A stretch of 63,272 nt of DNA, filler included, from Octopus bimaculoides (Eukaryota), in assembly GCF_001194135.2 (NCBI RefSeq). It is 7 parts of 6 records of this genome, joined end to end, with 100 filler letters (N's around TTAATTAATTAA, not from the genome) between each part and the next. Parts side by side here need not be neighbours in the genome. Positions count along the whole stretch, not along the records: positions 21,772 to 38,704 come from NC_068986.1; 6 more parts are not named here. One strand, written 5' to 3'. The translations under genes were made by a program, and so were the position numbers. The notes under the pieces are model-generated. The model was given only the letters and a program-made list of their open reading frames with translations. It made no database searches and was not told the origin of the DNA. Positions 23,334 through 37,845 of this stretch are shown here, one piece after another (the first letter of the stretch is position 1; every line of letters starts with the position of its first letter).

Positions 23334-24445
23334 ATGTATGTATACACACCCGCACACATAGATAAGCACACAGACGCAGATGTATGCGAAGTTATGTAAG
23401 TTATATAAGAGTTTATATCATATATATATGCATGAATACACACTCATACATACATATATACATACATACATGCATACATACATACNNNNNNNNNNNNNNN
23501 NNNNNNNNNNNNNNNNNNNNNNNNNNNNNNNNNNNNNNNNNNNNNNNNNNNNNNNNNNNNNNNNNNNNNNNNNNNNNNNNNNNNNNNNNNNNNNNNNNNN
23601 NNNNNNNNNNNNNNNNNNNNNNNNNNNNNNNNNNNNNNNNNNNNNNNNNNNNNNNNNNNNNNNNATATATATACGTACACATATGCATATATTTATACAC
23701 ACACGCCTGCACACTTATACATATATGTACAAGTATATTTATGTGTGTGTATCTACGTGTGATTTAGTCTTTACGACAGCTATTAGGTTCCAAGAGTGTT
23801 TATGCCCCATGTGTTATCATGGTCAGGGTAAACTTTGATATGTATTATCTGAATCGGTCTTCACAACGGAAAAATCACAAAATGTAAATAGTCAGATAAG
23901 CACACCTCTAAGTGCCTTTACACACACACAGGTACACACACACTTGCACACACACACATACACACGCACATGCATACACACACACACACACATATATTAT
24001 TTTATTTTTGTACTTGTTCCAGTGATTTGACTGCGGCCATCCTGGAGCACCGCCATGAAGAATGTTTTACCAGATTATGAGATACATAATTAGATCGATA
24101 GATAAGTGATTACTCTTATATTACACGCATTCATACACACACACAAACAAACTCACATACATACACACACTACTGACACTCACTCGTCAATGTATATCCA
24201 CAATGTAATATATACATCCTGTGAGAACGTATGAGTGTATATTATAACTATGTTTAAACATATGCATGAACAGTCATAAATGCTCATATTCGATACTGAT
24301 GATAATATAGATTCATATAGATGCTTAAAAATATAAAAATAACATTATTAAAAAACAAACAAGTACAAAAGAAAATGTAAGCCTCCACCTCCATCATTAA
24401 TATATATTACTATAACCAAAAGTAAAATCAAATCTGCTGAGATCG

Positions 24446-24496
<51 letters not shown>

Positions 24497-25515
24497 GTTA
24501 GTGTTATGGTTGTTTAATGTTTTTACTATTTGATATCAGCATGATATATCGGATATCTTCTCTGTTCTCGTGTTTAAATAATATTAGATGTTTAATGATA
24601 ACTCTTGGATTGTGTAATGTATTCAGACATGAAAAGAAGATTGTCTAAAGTTACTAGCAATAGATATATTGTGTTGCGTCTGATTGATTCGCTGCCGCTG
24701 CTGCTTTTGTTGCTGCGGCTGCTGTTGTTGTTGTTGTTGTTGTTTAACCCCAAGTCTGTTGTGTCTCGGTCAACAAGTAAACTAATGATCCAACGCATAT
24801 GATCAGTAATATTCCTTTTTCTTTTCTTCTTGTTTTCTTTTTCTTTTCTTCTTGTTTTCTTTTTCTTTTCTTTTTTTTTTGATAATCTCATCCATGTTGC
24901 CTTTAGAATTAATACAATATGTTCAAAATATTTTATAAAAAAGTTAGTACGTGATTTGCGTGGAATTTGGCTGCTATTTCTAACAGATAAAGTTTCTCTC
25001 CCTAAAGAGGCTTCCTTTTTGATGTCGTTGTTGTTTCTGCCTCCGTCTCTTTAATTCCTGTTTCAATTTAAAACCCCAAATACCCGAACCTTGATCACGT
25101 TTACTTATAATCATGGATTGTTGTAGTGAACGTGGGACACCATTATCCTGGATGTTCATTTTTATTTTATTATTTTTAGACATTAAAGTCAGTTGTAAAG
25201 TGATGTAGCTGTTTTTACTTAGTCAAACTGTCACATACAGGTTCTGTCATATGTCTGGATAAAAATCCATCCTAGGACTTGTTTATACAGAATCCCTCGC
25301 TCATCTGTAAACACCTTTATAGACTGGCTGTTGTAACTTAATAGAGATTTGGCTGTTGTTTCTAGCTAGTCAAACTTTCACATACAGGCTCCTTACTTGG
25401 GTCATGTAAAGGTATGGTTTAATACCAGTGTCCATATGACCACGGGGTGAGGATCTATGTAAGAGTTGTGAGGGTCCACGCAAGCAAAATAGAAAATTTG
25501 GGATACACTGTAGCA

Positions 25516-25614
25516 CAGGGCTTCTCAAACTATCTGATGTGGCGTACCGGCAGTTTTTTTTCCAATGTGCCAAGGACCGGTAATATTTCTTAGTAATATT
25601 AATTTATACCGGAA
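25516..25614 (-). mobile_element. Terminal fragment of the same hAT MITE as 141-451
   Basis: Reverse complement of 355-451, starting with TIR CAGGGCTTCTCAAA. Confidence 0.75.
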
Positions 25615-27935
25615 ATGGTAAGGTAAGGTAAAGTTTTCTTCTCAAGTCATACCGACTCATAAAGGGCGGTTTCACGGTTTCCATGGCGTATAAATACCCC
25701 ACCTGGAGGGAACGCCGGTCTGTCACAGGATTGTTCCTTTTTCTAGCTGAGTAGACTGGAGCAACGTGAAATGAAGTTTTTTGCTCAAGGACACAACACA
25801 TCGCCCGGTCCAGGAATCGAAACCACAATCATACGATCATAAGTCCATTAAACCATGTGCCTCCTCAGTAATGAAAGGAGTCTACATATAAAAAAATGAT
25901 TGAGAACCATTGGTTTAAAGTCTTTTTTGATATCAAAATACAACACCATTACCATTTCAGAACACTTAGGTAGTTTAATGCAACTAGTTATCGCCTTTTA
26001 CTTGTTTCAGTCATTAGACTGCAGCCATGCTGGGACAATGCCTTGAAGAATTTATCGGTTTCACTAGGATTTGTACTCCGAATAAGTTTTGTTCTAACGT
26101 TTCTGCAAATTCACCGGTGAAAAGCAAACTTGACCACGCCGGGATATGAACACAAAATATAAATAGCCGGTAGTATATTGCAAAAAAGGTTTTTTTCTCG
26201 GACGCTTTAATGATTCTGATGTTTCATTACCCTCATCACAGTTCTGATATCCCCATGATGTCTCAACGAAACAAAAAGCTTAATTTCAGTAATTGACAAA
26301 AATATTAATATATCAACTCATAAAGGCGGTTTCCCAGTTTCCATGGCATATACGTGATCCAGATCAGAACATCCTCCTGAAAGGCATGCCACTCCGTTGT
26401 AGGGATCAGAGCCAGCAGATTTAAGGGAAGGGGACACGTCAATTATGGTGTCGATTAACCTTGTCCTTAGAAAGTGTTAATAATATTGATTGAGGTGATA
26501 GCTTGGCAGAATTACTAGAGCTTCGGACACAGACTCCCTGCTGTATTTCTTTTGGTCCTGGACCTTTTGAGCTCAAATACTTCTTCGGTTAACTTTATCT
26601 TTCATCCTGTCAGGGTAATAAAATAAAGTGCCTTCCAAATACTGGTGTGGATGTTATCTAGAAACCCCTACCCTCACAACGGTTGCCCTTGTGAATCAGA
26701 AATTAGAAACGTGTCCTCTCCCCTCAAATCTTAATTAGAAAGTATTAATGATATCAAATGAAGTCAGAGGAAGGCGGCAAGGTGGTATTTAAGGGGACGG
26801 GTTGATATTTATGCCGGTGAGATGGCAGAATCATTACCGCACCGGAAAAAATGCTTAGCGGTATTTCTTCCGGATTTACGTTCTGGCCAGCAAATTTGAG
26901 GGATGGGGTACACGTCAATTATATCGACAGCAACATTGTCTGGTACTATATTTTATCGACACCGAAGTGATTAAAGGCAAAGTCGACCTCGACAGAATTT
27001 GAACTCAGAACATTACATTCGAAAGAAATACTGCTAAGTATTTTGTCCGATGGTAGCTTGTCGCCTTCGATAAAATAATGACAATAGGGGTTCCAGTTGA
27101 TTAGATTAACGGAACAGCCTGCTCGTGAAATTAACGTGTACTCCAAAGACACGTGTACCCTTAACGTAGTTCTCAAGGGAATTCGGCGTTACAGAGTGTG
27201 AAAAAGCTGAGCCTTTGAAATATAGATGCAACTCATTTTTGCCAGCTGAGTTGACTGGAGCAACGTGAAATAAAATGTCTTGCTCAAGGACACAACGCAT
27301 CGCCGGGAATTGAACTCACGACCTTGTGATCGTGAGCCGTATCACTAAGCCACGCGCCTTCACAGAGAGCACAATAACAAGTTTGAATTATGTAATGGAA
27401 TCAATGTGATCGGCTAAAATACTTAAAGGTTATATCATACAATGGCAGGGATGTATGCTAGTAATATTTGTTTGACACAAGGCCTAACGTTTTGGAGGAG
27501 GCGTAGGTCGATCACATCGATTCCAGTGTTCAACTTGAACGTATTTTATCGACCCCGAAAGAATCAAAAACAAAGTCGACCTTGGTGATATTTGAACTCA
27601 GAACGTGGACGAAACGCTGTTTAGAATTTATTACCGGCGTGCTAACGTTCTACGAGCTGGCTACCACGCAATTAAACATCATATTATATAAAATATATTA
27701 TATAAAATAATATTATCTGCATTTTGATTCGACTTGAATTCAATATCTCCATAAATACAGAGCCGTATCATTGATACGTTGATACAATTTGATTAGAAGA
27801 TATCAGAAGTTATCAAAACTCAACCAAAACACGTATGGACGGAATTAATCGAACATTCGTTTGAGATGGGATCGAATGTAAGCCATTCTTTTTTAGCTGG
27901 TATGTTTGTAAATTGATCTCAATCTTCTGTCTGGC

Positions 27936-27978
<43 letters not shown>

Positions 27979-29187
27979 GTCTGTATGTCTGTCTGTCTGA
28001 CTGTCTGACTGTCTGTCTGTCTGTATGTATGTATGTATGTTTGTGTCTGTCTCCCTTGCTCTCTCAATACCTGTCTTTCTCCCCCTCTCTTTCCCTCTCT
28101 TTTGTGGGTCTTACTATCACGGAACAGTACATTTATATATATATGTGTGTGTGTATATGTATATGTGTGCTCGCGTGTCTGTATGTGCGTGTGTGTGTGT
28201 CTATCTATCTATCTAGCTAGCTAGCTATCGATCTGTCAATCGAAATCGAATTTGCCTTTTATTTTTTCGAGGTCGATAAAATAAGAACAGATCAGTTGAA
28301 AACTGTAGCGCAATGCTGTATAGTGTGATCTTGTATGAAATAGGGATGTGGCGTATTGCGTGGAGCAATGGTACTCGACGATAAATTCCAGTCAATATTC
28401 TTTTTGTTTTATGTGTGTCTTTATATGATATTATTGATTTTTTACTTGTTTCAGTCATTAGACTGCGGCCATGCTGGGGCACCGCCTTGAAGAGTTTTTA
28501 GTCGCACGAATCGAATCCACTACCGTTTTCATTTTTTAGACCTGGTACTTACTCTATCACTCTATTCAACCGAATCGCTAAGTTACAGGGACGTGCACAA
28601 ACCAACAAGCAGTTGTCAAGCGGTGGTGGGGAGAAACACAAAGACAGACAGACACACACAGGCGCACGCATGCATGCACACACATACACACACATATGTG
28701 CCAAGTTTTTTTCCTTTTGCTTTCAGTTTCCGTCTACCGAATCTACTCACAAAAGGCTTTGGTCGGCCCAAGGCAATAATAGAGGACACTCGCCCAAGGT
28801 GCCATGTAGTGTGACTAAGCCCAGAACCATGAGGTTGGGAAGCTAACTTCTTACCACACAGCCACTCCCGCGCCTATGAATGTGTAAAAAGAATTTAAAA
28901 GAAAAGGAAAGCCTCCAAGGTATGATAGATTTCGCTACAAATTTATCCTTACTGAACTATACGCTAAGCAGCGGCGCGCGCGCGCGTATATATNNNNNNN
29001 NNNNNNNNNNNNNNNNNNNNNNNNNNNNNNNNNNNNNNNNNNNNNNNNNNNNNNNNNNNNNNNNNNNNNNNNNNNNNNNNNNNNNNNNNNNNNNNNNNNN
29101 NNNNNNNNNNNNNNNNNNNNNNNNNNNNNNNNNNNNNNNNNNNNNNNNNNNNNNNNNNNNNNNNNNNNNNNNNNNNNNNNNNNNNNN

Positions 29188-29238
<51 letters not shown>

Positions 29239-30264
29239 TTGTTTTCAGTTTCCGTCTACCAAATCCACTCACATGGATGTGGTCGGCCGGAGGCTATAGC
29301 AGAAGACACTTGCCCAATGTGCCACGCAATGGAATTAAACCCAGAAACATATGGTTGGGAAGCAAGCTTCTTACCACCCAGCCACGCCTTTTTACCACAC
29401 GTGCGCCTATGAATGTGAATAAAGAATTTCAAAAAAGGAAATACCCAAGCTGTGGTAGATTTTGTAACAGATTCATCCCTACTGAACTATACGCTGAGCA
29501 GCGGTGGAACAGTATAGCGGACATGTTGTAGGTATTAAAGTTTTCTCTTTATACACATTTTCCTCTTTTCTTTTACTGTTTTCTATTTCGTGCATTTTCT
29601 CTCTTCAAATCCTTTTATATTTTCATGATGAAAACCGGTAACATTGACATTTATATGATTCTCCGCATATAATTTCTTGTATTTCCAATTATTAATCTCT
29701 CTGCGTTCTTCAGTCATAGTCACCACCACCATCACTACAGCGACCACTTCTACTACCTCGTCACCATCATGTCATCGCCGCTACCGACACCATCGTCACC
29801 AATAACACCACAACTCTGCTTCCGTTCATGTCCTTTCTTCTTTTCATCCTCTTTACAATTTTTATTTTTTAATACATTCTCGCCTGCTAATCCTTAATCA
29901 ACTGACTTTCAACACACCTCTCCATATCCTCATCCCCATCCTTATTCTCCTTCCCTTCCCCAATACCCTTATCTCCTCTCTTCTATTTTTCTCCACTTTC
30001 TTCTTCATTTTCAGTCCTTTTCGATAGTTATTTCCCCTTCTGACTTCCCTCAATCTGTTTCTCTTTCTCTTTCTCCTCCCACCTCTCTCATTCTGTCTAT
30101 CTATATATCTATTTATCTATTTATCTATCTACCTATCTATCTATCTACCTGTCTTTTTGTCTGGAGTAACGAACCCAAACTTAGCACAAACTGCATCAGC
30201 TATGCTTAACCCCCACCCACTCTCTCTCTTCTCTCTTTCTTCTCTCTCTCTCTTCTCTCTTTCT

Positions 30265-30341
<77 letters not shown>

Positions 30342-31729
30342 AAATACCCAGCTAACCATCCAATCAAAACACCCACCAACCTACCCAGTCCAACACACTT
30401 CTAGATCAATAAATCCCATCATCATTTATGACAGCTCGGCATGTAATTGCGATAAATACTCACTAGATGGCGTGACTGTTCGTCCCTATTAGCATTCTAC
30501 TTGAAGCTTATATTTCCCTCTACACTTTTTTTCTTCTTTGTATTCATTTCTGTGTTTAGTTTGTTTTTAACATCTTCATATTATATCAAGTGATATAATT
30601 CATTTATTTACTGTGAGAGGTTTCGATCTCGGTGCTGCAACTATATGTTAATTTCTACATTGCGTAATTTTTCACTCTTTTAGCAAATCGTTATTTTTCG
30701 TTTCCGTTTTCTAGGAGAGCTTTGCAGCTTATTGCCCGGAACTGGTAAAACATCCGGTAACTGAAATACAACGTCATATATTGTATTTTTTTCCATGCTT
30801 GATTGATTTATTTTTCTAATGCAGTGACTGGTTAACTACAGACCAATCGCCTACATTTTATTAAGACATTCCTTGAATTACTCCTCTGTTGTTAGGAAAT
30901 GAGTCTTTAGCTCTTCAACCGACAACTTCGAGTTGGTCAATACCATGAGAGTGGAATTTAGTTCACAGAAACTTCATAGATGCTCACCTTATTTGTATAT
31001 ATCTTAGACCAATATATCAGTGTATTTTGACGAAAAATATAAGCATAGACAAGAAAACTGAGAAGTCGTAACCTAACGAATGAATTCCTAAAGGATTTTT
31101 TTCTTTCGAACCTATTTATAGACACTGTTTTATTAATTTCAGTGTCAGATCTACGGCAAAACAGTACCTGCCCGCAGTAATTCATCAGCTATAATATAAG
31201 ACAATTAAATATCTTAAAAGTTATGCATGATTTAGAGCACACTCGTAGAAAGTTGTGTGTAAAGACTGATGTCTATGAAAGAAAGAGAAACAAACTGCTC
31301 ACGCCAACATGCTTTCGTCTGACATCTTTTGCAAGAAACATTTATTTCGTGTTTCTCTTACTGGTTTAGTCAGACGAGAAAAGGTAATGCCCATAGTCCT
31401 TTTCAAGCTAGAGAACTGGTCTGAAAGTTTGCAACGGACTGGTATTATTTAGCCAAAGGCACACAAGGATCCGAGATGTTAAAACCTGATGATGGGTTAT
31501 CTCCCTGCGATAAATAGAAACAATTACACCGGTGGATTGTCACTTAGTTTCTGTTCTTCAAACCTTATTCATAAGCCTTTTGATGATTAGAAGACACTTG
31601 ACGAAAATCGAAGGAGTGGAATCGAACCCACAGAGCAAACTTCTTATTTTTGAAACTTGTATTTGACAAAATTGAATGCCGTTTTGTGATTGCGAATCCA
31701 ATGGTATTCATGACATATTGCAACTGCAG

Positions 31730-32030
31730 TGGGAAATATATGAAGAAACTAGATGATAGATGGAATGAGCGGAAATTACCGATTGTTACAGATGTACTCC
31801 AAGGGGAAATATTGGCTCCCTAGCTGTTTATTACACGAAGGAACTTCAATATGACTTCTGAATGGCAGGTTGTTAATATCTGAATCAGAGTCCATCTAAT
31901 GATATTGCAATCGTTACGAATATAGCACCAGATGGAAGCAATCCGAACATTAAAAAAAAGGCTTTTCAAGGATTGCGTTCTAAATAATGAATCAGATATA
32001 AAAACAGAAAAACACAGTCTGGCAGCAAAT
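31730..32030 (+). pseudogene. Highly decayed non-LTR reverse-transcriptase fragment
   Basis: VTDVLQGEILAP*LFI resembles the GVLQGDTLAPFLF motif, followed by a DDIA-like SNDIAIV; stops and frameshifts. Confidence 0.45.
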
Positions 32031-33409
32031 ATTAATAAATGTAGCATATTAAAAATGGTGTGGGTTTAGAAAAAATAGACAGTTTCTTGTGACTTGCATC
32101 ATAATTCTTAGTTTTAAACCTTAGACCATAGACCATCGTATGCTGCGCTGATGTCAATCCAATCACACTCGCCACGTCTGCCTCTCGACTGACATTTGTT
32201 TTGTCATCCTCTTGTTTTTGCCGCGTTCAGATCTCTTTTTTATAGATTTGCTTTATCAGTTTAATCCAACTCACTGCTCATTTAAAATTGTAAGATTACG
32301 ACTCCAGCACTTTTTTCGGTCCCTTTCCATCGTTCACTCTCCATAGATGAATCAGTCACCATAACATTCACACACAATATTATTATTAATTTCTTTTATC
32401 TTATTCTCTTGAGTATTTCCATATTGGTGATTCGAGATATTTAAGATATTGTACATGATTCTGAGAAGAAATCATTATGGAATGTATTCAGCCATTTCTC
32501 ATCCCTATTATATACTTGTTTATCTATATCGGCAACTGAAATACTAGGAATTAACTTCAAACACAAACGAACTTCCTATACCTAGAGATCAAGCATTAGA
32601 CAAAATTTCACTGTTAGGCTATACTCGAAATCGGGTTTCCCGGTAATCCTCTACGGTCGTGAAACCTATAATATGCACATAGAAACAGAAATGTTGCGCT
32701 TAACCATCGTTGTTTTGATATTTTCTACATCAGGTGTTTAAGGGTTTTTGCTTGACATAGCATACGCCACGCTGCCCATATCACACGTAATACTACATGC
32801 ACGAACTCACATAAGAAACAATTACATAGGTGTATCTGTTTAAGTGAATGTTTTATCATCACTTATAACGATTGGATTATCGAATCCCGCACAGTTTTGA
32901 ATGAAATATATACAGAATATATTTCGCTCGGCAAACCCCTAAGGAATCTAAGATCCAAGTGTCAAAGACTAGAATCAACGTATGCAAGAACAATCTGGAT
33001 ATTAAATGAAACATCAGAGGGCATCATCTATATCTCGGACGATTGCAGGAAAGAGTGAACTATTTACTGTTAGTACAAGAAATATGATTTTATTATATGT
33101 CACCTTTGAGCTGCAATCTATATTAATAAAAGTGAGTTTATTGAATTTCTTTTTATTTATTTTGTTCCGTTGAAATATGAGCTTTAGCTAACTTTCATTA
33201 TTATTTCCAGTTCACTTCTGTATCATAGGAGTATATTAAGGTCTACACACACACACACAGACACACACACACTCACGCACACACACACGCACACACACAC
33301 ACACACACACACATTCATAGAGATGTACATATATCTTCATATATATATACACATATATATGTATATAAATATATTTCTATGTATACACACACACACACAT
33401 ATACAGATA

Positions 33410-33463
<54 letters not shown>

Positions 33464-33699
33464 GTGTGTGTGATTTGTATGTGTGTGTTCGTGTGTGTAT
33501 GTGTGAAAGTATGTACAAAATCACTGGTAAGGCCATTTAGTTAAGAATTTCGCTTGGCAACCATGTGGCTTCAGTTTCATTTGTTGTTCAGTATCTTTGG
33601 TAGGTGACTGCTCTTGTATATCCGGGGGGAGTGAATTTGGTAGACAGAAACTGTGTGGGAACACGTTGTGCATACATACATACATACATTCAATATCCC

Positions 33700-34350
33700 A
33701 GAATTCATTTATAGTACCAGTGCTGATTCTAACATTTGGGATACTTGACTGGCCTGTAGAAGAAATCCACTCCATAGACATTAAAGCCCTCAAGGTTCTA
33801 ACATCAGCTGGAAATCTCTACCAAAATAGTGATATCGACAGGTTCTGTAGGGGCTTGGGATCAGGGCAGACATCCTTGGAATATTCCATAGTCTCTTACA
33901 GGCAGCGCTTGCTAAACAACAGCAGCAAAAATAAATACATTTAGTGTTGAAAATTGAAGAAACGATATCCCACGTGTTGGAAGTGAGCTGCTCAGGAAGT
34001 ATTCTCTTCCGGATTACTTCCCATACAACCCCAAATCAGCTGAACTAGCACACCTTATAGAATACCTCGAAGTGACACGCTCAGCATACCGCAAAAAACT
34101 CATACATGGGTATGTTGCTGATAGACTTGAAGAAAATAGTAACATTGACGTGAAGAAAAGCCTCTCTTGGATTCCTGACAGCTACATCACATCGCAGTGC
34201 GAAGGCAATGCCTTTGCAATGCAAGAACAGGAGATTGCTACCAAATACCTAATCAACAAAAGGGACAGTGACGTTCATAAAATTCCAAAAGGCAATCGTA
34301 AATGTAAATTATCATATTTCTGTAGGAGACATAGCATGTGATTAGCTGTC
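33700..34350 (+). mobile_element. R4/Dong-like (RLE-type) non-LTR retrotransposon fragment
   Basis: VPVLILTFGILDWP...SDIDR and EGNAFAMQEQEIATKYL...KCKL..HVISCP match the post-RT region and CCHC knuckle of that clade as I recall it; disrupted. Confidence 0.65.
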
Positions 34351-34483
34351 CAAAAATGTTAAGGTAATACCTCTCAATGTGGCATTTTTGATCTTGGTCG
34401 AAGTTTCTCTCGTTTCAGAAAAATCAAATCAAATCTAGGTGGCAGAGTTAACTCTAAGGGCTTGTGGAAAGAACTAAGGAGGC

Positions 34484-35120
34484 ATCATATGTCCTTCATT
34501 GCTGACAACCCCTAAAACTATGACAGTTGCAGAAAATTTTGCATGCATAACACTTGAAACTTCAGAGGGGTCTGCACATAACTATATGTTCTGTTAGCTT
34601 TTTCATATTGGTCTGCTGGATTTTTCAGTTTGTTTAAGAGCCTTTGAGATCTGATGTAATGATTTTCTTTTGCTTTTTCTGACAAATTGACCTTTGCAAA
34701 TCATACAAGACTTATATCTGATGCCTTCGTGGACAACATTTCTGACTCTTCCTTCTGACAGATGGAGATCTTTTACAATTGACCTCATGGACTTTCTGGG
34801 ATTGTAACCAATTGTCTGTTGAACGTACTGGATAAATTCAGGTGTTCTAATGCTTTCAGAGCGTTTAGAATGCTTTTTATACTTTGATACTGGTGATACG
34901 TTTCCATCTTCAGTCTCTAGCTCCTTACAAACTTTGTAGACGAAAGATCTGGCAACTTTTAAGACCCGAGATATTTCTAAATCGCTATGGTCAACTTTTG
35001 TAACCACAATAACAGCATACCTTTTTTTTTCTAGAGTAAGCTGAGGGTCTGCCGTTATTATCTTCTGGAACAAAGATTGTACAGAGTTAGCAAAATATGC
35101 AGTAATGACCCCAAAACAAG
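34484..35120 (-). mobile_element. Tc1/mariner (probably maT/DD37D-like) transposase N-terminal fragment, internally deleted
   Basis: KRYAVIV..DHSDLEISRVLKVARSFVYKV...RSESIRTPEFI...NPRKSMRSIVKDLHLSE: two HTH regions; catalytic domain absent; boundaries approximate. Confidence 0.75.
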
Positions 35121-35148
35121 GGTATGTCCTCAAATACCTTACGTCCCC

Positions 35149-35193
<45 letters not shown>

Positions 35194-35320
35194 ATATATA
35201 TTACTGAGATGTACTTGCATAGCAAGTGACATGATCTGTGATCGTGTGCTGAAACAGAAACAATTGTAGCGTGCAAGGTGTTTATAAGTCATTTAAAAAA
35301 ACTTCAACATTTAAATCTAA

Positions 35321-35371
35321 TTTGTTAAAATATTTTCGTCGCTTTGAATCCGCGACTTGTTCACTGACAAA
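35321..35371 (-). ncRNA. Hammerhead-like motif with swapped G3:C8 core
   Basis: UUUGUCA-GUGAACA-A-GUCGC(GGAUUCAAA)GCGAC-GAA-AAUAUU-U/UAACAAA: 6 of 7 bp stem I, perfect 5-bp stem II, palindromic stem III. Confidence 0.55.
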
Positions 35372-35488
35372 ATTCCGTGCTGCATCTGAGAAAGTAACAG
35401 TTTATGAAACTCAAGTTTCATAAACTTCTTAGTCTAGCGTGTCTACACCATTTCAAATTCTTTGTTGTACGACTTAAAAGGTCAGAGA

Positions 35489-37386
35489 ATGAAGACTGAA
35501 GTCCGTCACCCACCTGAGAAAGCAATAATTAATGTAAGTAGCTGAAATCTAGAAACCTCTGAAGAAGCAGTACTGAACAAAGGTCTCAACTTTGCGACAA
35601 CCACCAAGCGCATTCCATACTTGGACATAATAGCCCCTGTTGAAGAGATAGCCATGAAGATACCAAAAGCTCAAGGAGATGAACTAAGGTGGAAAATAAG
35701 ACAGATACTAGGAAAAGCAAAACTTCCCAAACCAAACATTACTAAGGAAGAGAAGTTCGCTATCAAAATACTACAGAGTGACAATTCCATCATAATACTT
35801 CTAGTGGACAAGAGAAATACTACAGAGGTCATGAACAAGTCTGACTACTCTGAAAAATTGGCAAGTCTTATACATGATGGAAGTTACAGCAAAGAGAAGA
35901 AAGAGCCAACTCTGAAAACAGAGAGGAAGTTGTTACAGATCTTGATCAAGAACAATGATCACTTTACACCAATGAAGTACCGACAACTAACTCAACACTA
36001 CAGTAAACTACCACACATGCACGGTCTCCCTAAGATTCACAAGGATGGTATTCCATTTCGACCTATAGTGAGCTGTAGAGGTTCAGCATGGCATCCACTG
36101 AGCCGCTTTCTTGTGGATATAATCAGTCCATTAGCAGGAAAGTCAACATCGTACGCGAAGAATTCCCCCCACTTCACAGAATTGATCAAGGATACCCCCA
36201 TTGAATCCAACCAGAGAGTGAGTCTAGATGTGATAAGTCTTTTTCACTAACCGGTGGAGCACTATCGGTGACTCGAGAAAAACTAGTAACAGACACCCAT
36301 CTAAAAAACGCACGAGTATACCAATAAGAAACTTGATGGAAATGTTGAACTTCTGTGTAGAAACTACCTACTTCAATATGGACACTGATATATATCGACA
36401 AAGGAGGGTTTAGCTATGGGATCGCCATTATCACCGAAAATACCCAATATATACATGGAATACTCTGAAAATTTGGCTTTAGGATCAACACCACTAAAAC
36501 CAACCCTATGGCTGCGATATGTTGATGACACCTTTATACTCTGGCCCCACCAGGAAGATGTCCAAGTGCTTTTAGATCATGTGAACTCAATAAAGCCATC
36601 CATACAGTTCACAATGGAAAAGGAAAAAGACAATCAGCTAGCATTCCTGGACGTATTAATAACACACACCAAGTATGGATTCAGGACATCCGTACACCGC
36701 AAGCCAGCCTTCACTGGACGATACCTCAACTTCAATTCCCACCATCCATACAGTGTAAAGAGAGAGATTGCTCACTGCCTAAAACATCGTGCAAAGAACA
36801 TAAGTAGCGATCGTGATACACACCACGAAGAAAACATCAAGCTCAATAACAATCTATTAAGCAACAACTACACAAAAACATACTATGCACTCCAATTATG
36901 AAGAAAAGAGGGGATGAAACCAATAAACTATCCACAGTCTGTCTACCCTATGTAAAAGGCCTCTCAGAAAAGATACAAAATATATGCGGCCCACATGACA
37001 TAAGGACAGTATTCAAGAGTAATACAACATTTCGCAAATATCTCCTTCGAGTAAAACCACCAATAGAAGAGAATATGACCAAAGACTGCGTGTAATCAAT
37101 CCCATGCAACTGTGGTAGGTTATACAAAGGCGAAACATGTCGCCCCAACAAAGTAAGGGTAGACGAACATCGCAAAGCTGTGACGCGTGGAGATATTGAT
37201 AAATCGGGCATAGCTGATCATGTATGGAAAAATGGTGACCACCTCCCCCTGTGGGATGAAGTTAAAATAAACAGAGAATACCACTGGAAGACACGAAAAC
37301 TAAATGAAGCAGCACATAAGCTAGGACACAACAACCTCGTAAGCAGACCGAATGCAGATATGTGTAGCATATGGGAACCGGTATGA
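35489..37386 (+). mobile_element. Penelope-like element (RT + GIY-YIG endonuclease), 5'-truncated and pseudogenised
   Basis: LNKGLNFA, HGLPKIHK..PFRPIVS, SLDVISLF, MGSPLSP, WLRYVDDTF, FLDVLI, then xSIPCNCGRLYKGET...R..EH...SGIADH; several stops and frameshifts. Confidence 0.92.
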
Positions 37387-37446
37387 AGGAATGATAGGAA
37401 AATATTAGTTTTATAAGCCCTAAAATTCACTCCATAATTGCCCACG

Positions 37447-37500
37447 GGCATATGGCGTAGTGGTTAAGAGCGCGGGCTACTAACTTCCGAGTTCGATTCC
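37447..37500 (+). mobile_element. Head-only fragment of SINE family A
   Basis: GGCATATGGCGTAGTGGTTAAGAGCGCGGGCTACTAAC...GAGTTCGATTCC, near-identical to the head at 14180. Confidence 0.75.
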
Positions 37501-37594
37501 AAAATTGCCTTTACACCAGGAAACAGTTACGCAAACATAGATGAATATACTCAGATAGAATGCTTAAATAGTCTTTTTATGGAAACAGGATTCT

Positions 37595-37845
37595 CGAGGT
37601 GGTCATTAAGTTCTGCAGTAATTTGGGGAGCTGTACTTTTGTGATCCTTTCTAACAATTCACGTAAGAGTCCGACGGTCTCTATCTGAAAGTTTTAGTTT
37701 TCTTCCGGAATTTTGTTTCGACGAGGAGGTTTTTCCCTCTTTCTCAAAGGCTGTCATTACTTTCGAGACAGTATTTCTTGATACACCAAACATTTCGGCT
37801 GTTTTCGTTACCGTAGCGCCTGCCATACGAGCACCAACAATTGCC
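37595..37845 (-). mobile_element. Tc1-like transposase N-terminal fragment
   Basis: AIVGARMAGATVTKTAEMFGVSRNTVSKVMTAF...SGRKLKLSDRDRRTL (paired-like HTH plus GRPR-like motif). Confidence 0.8.
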
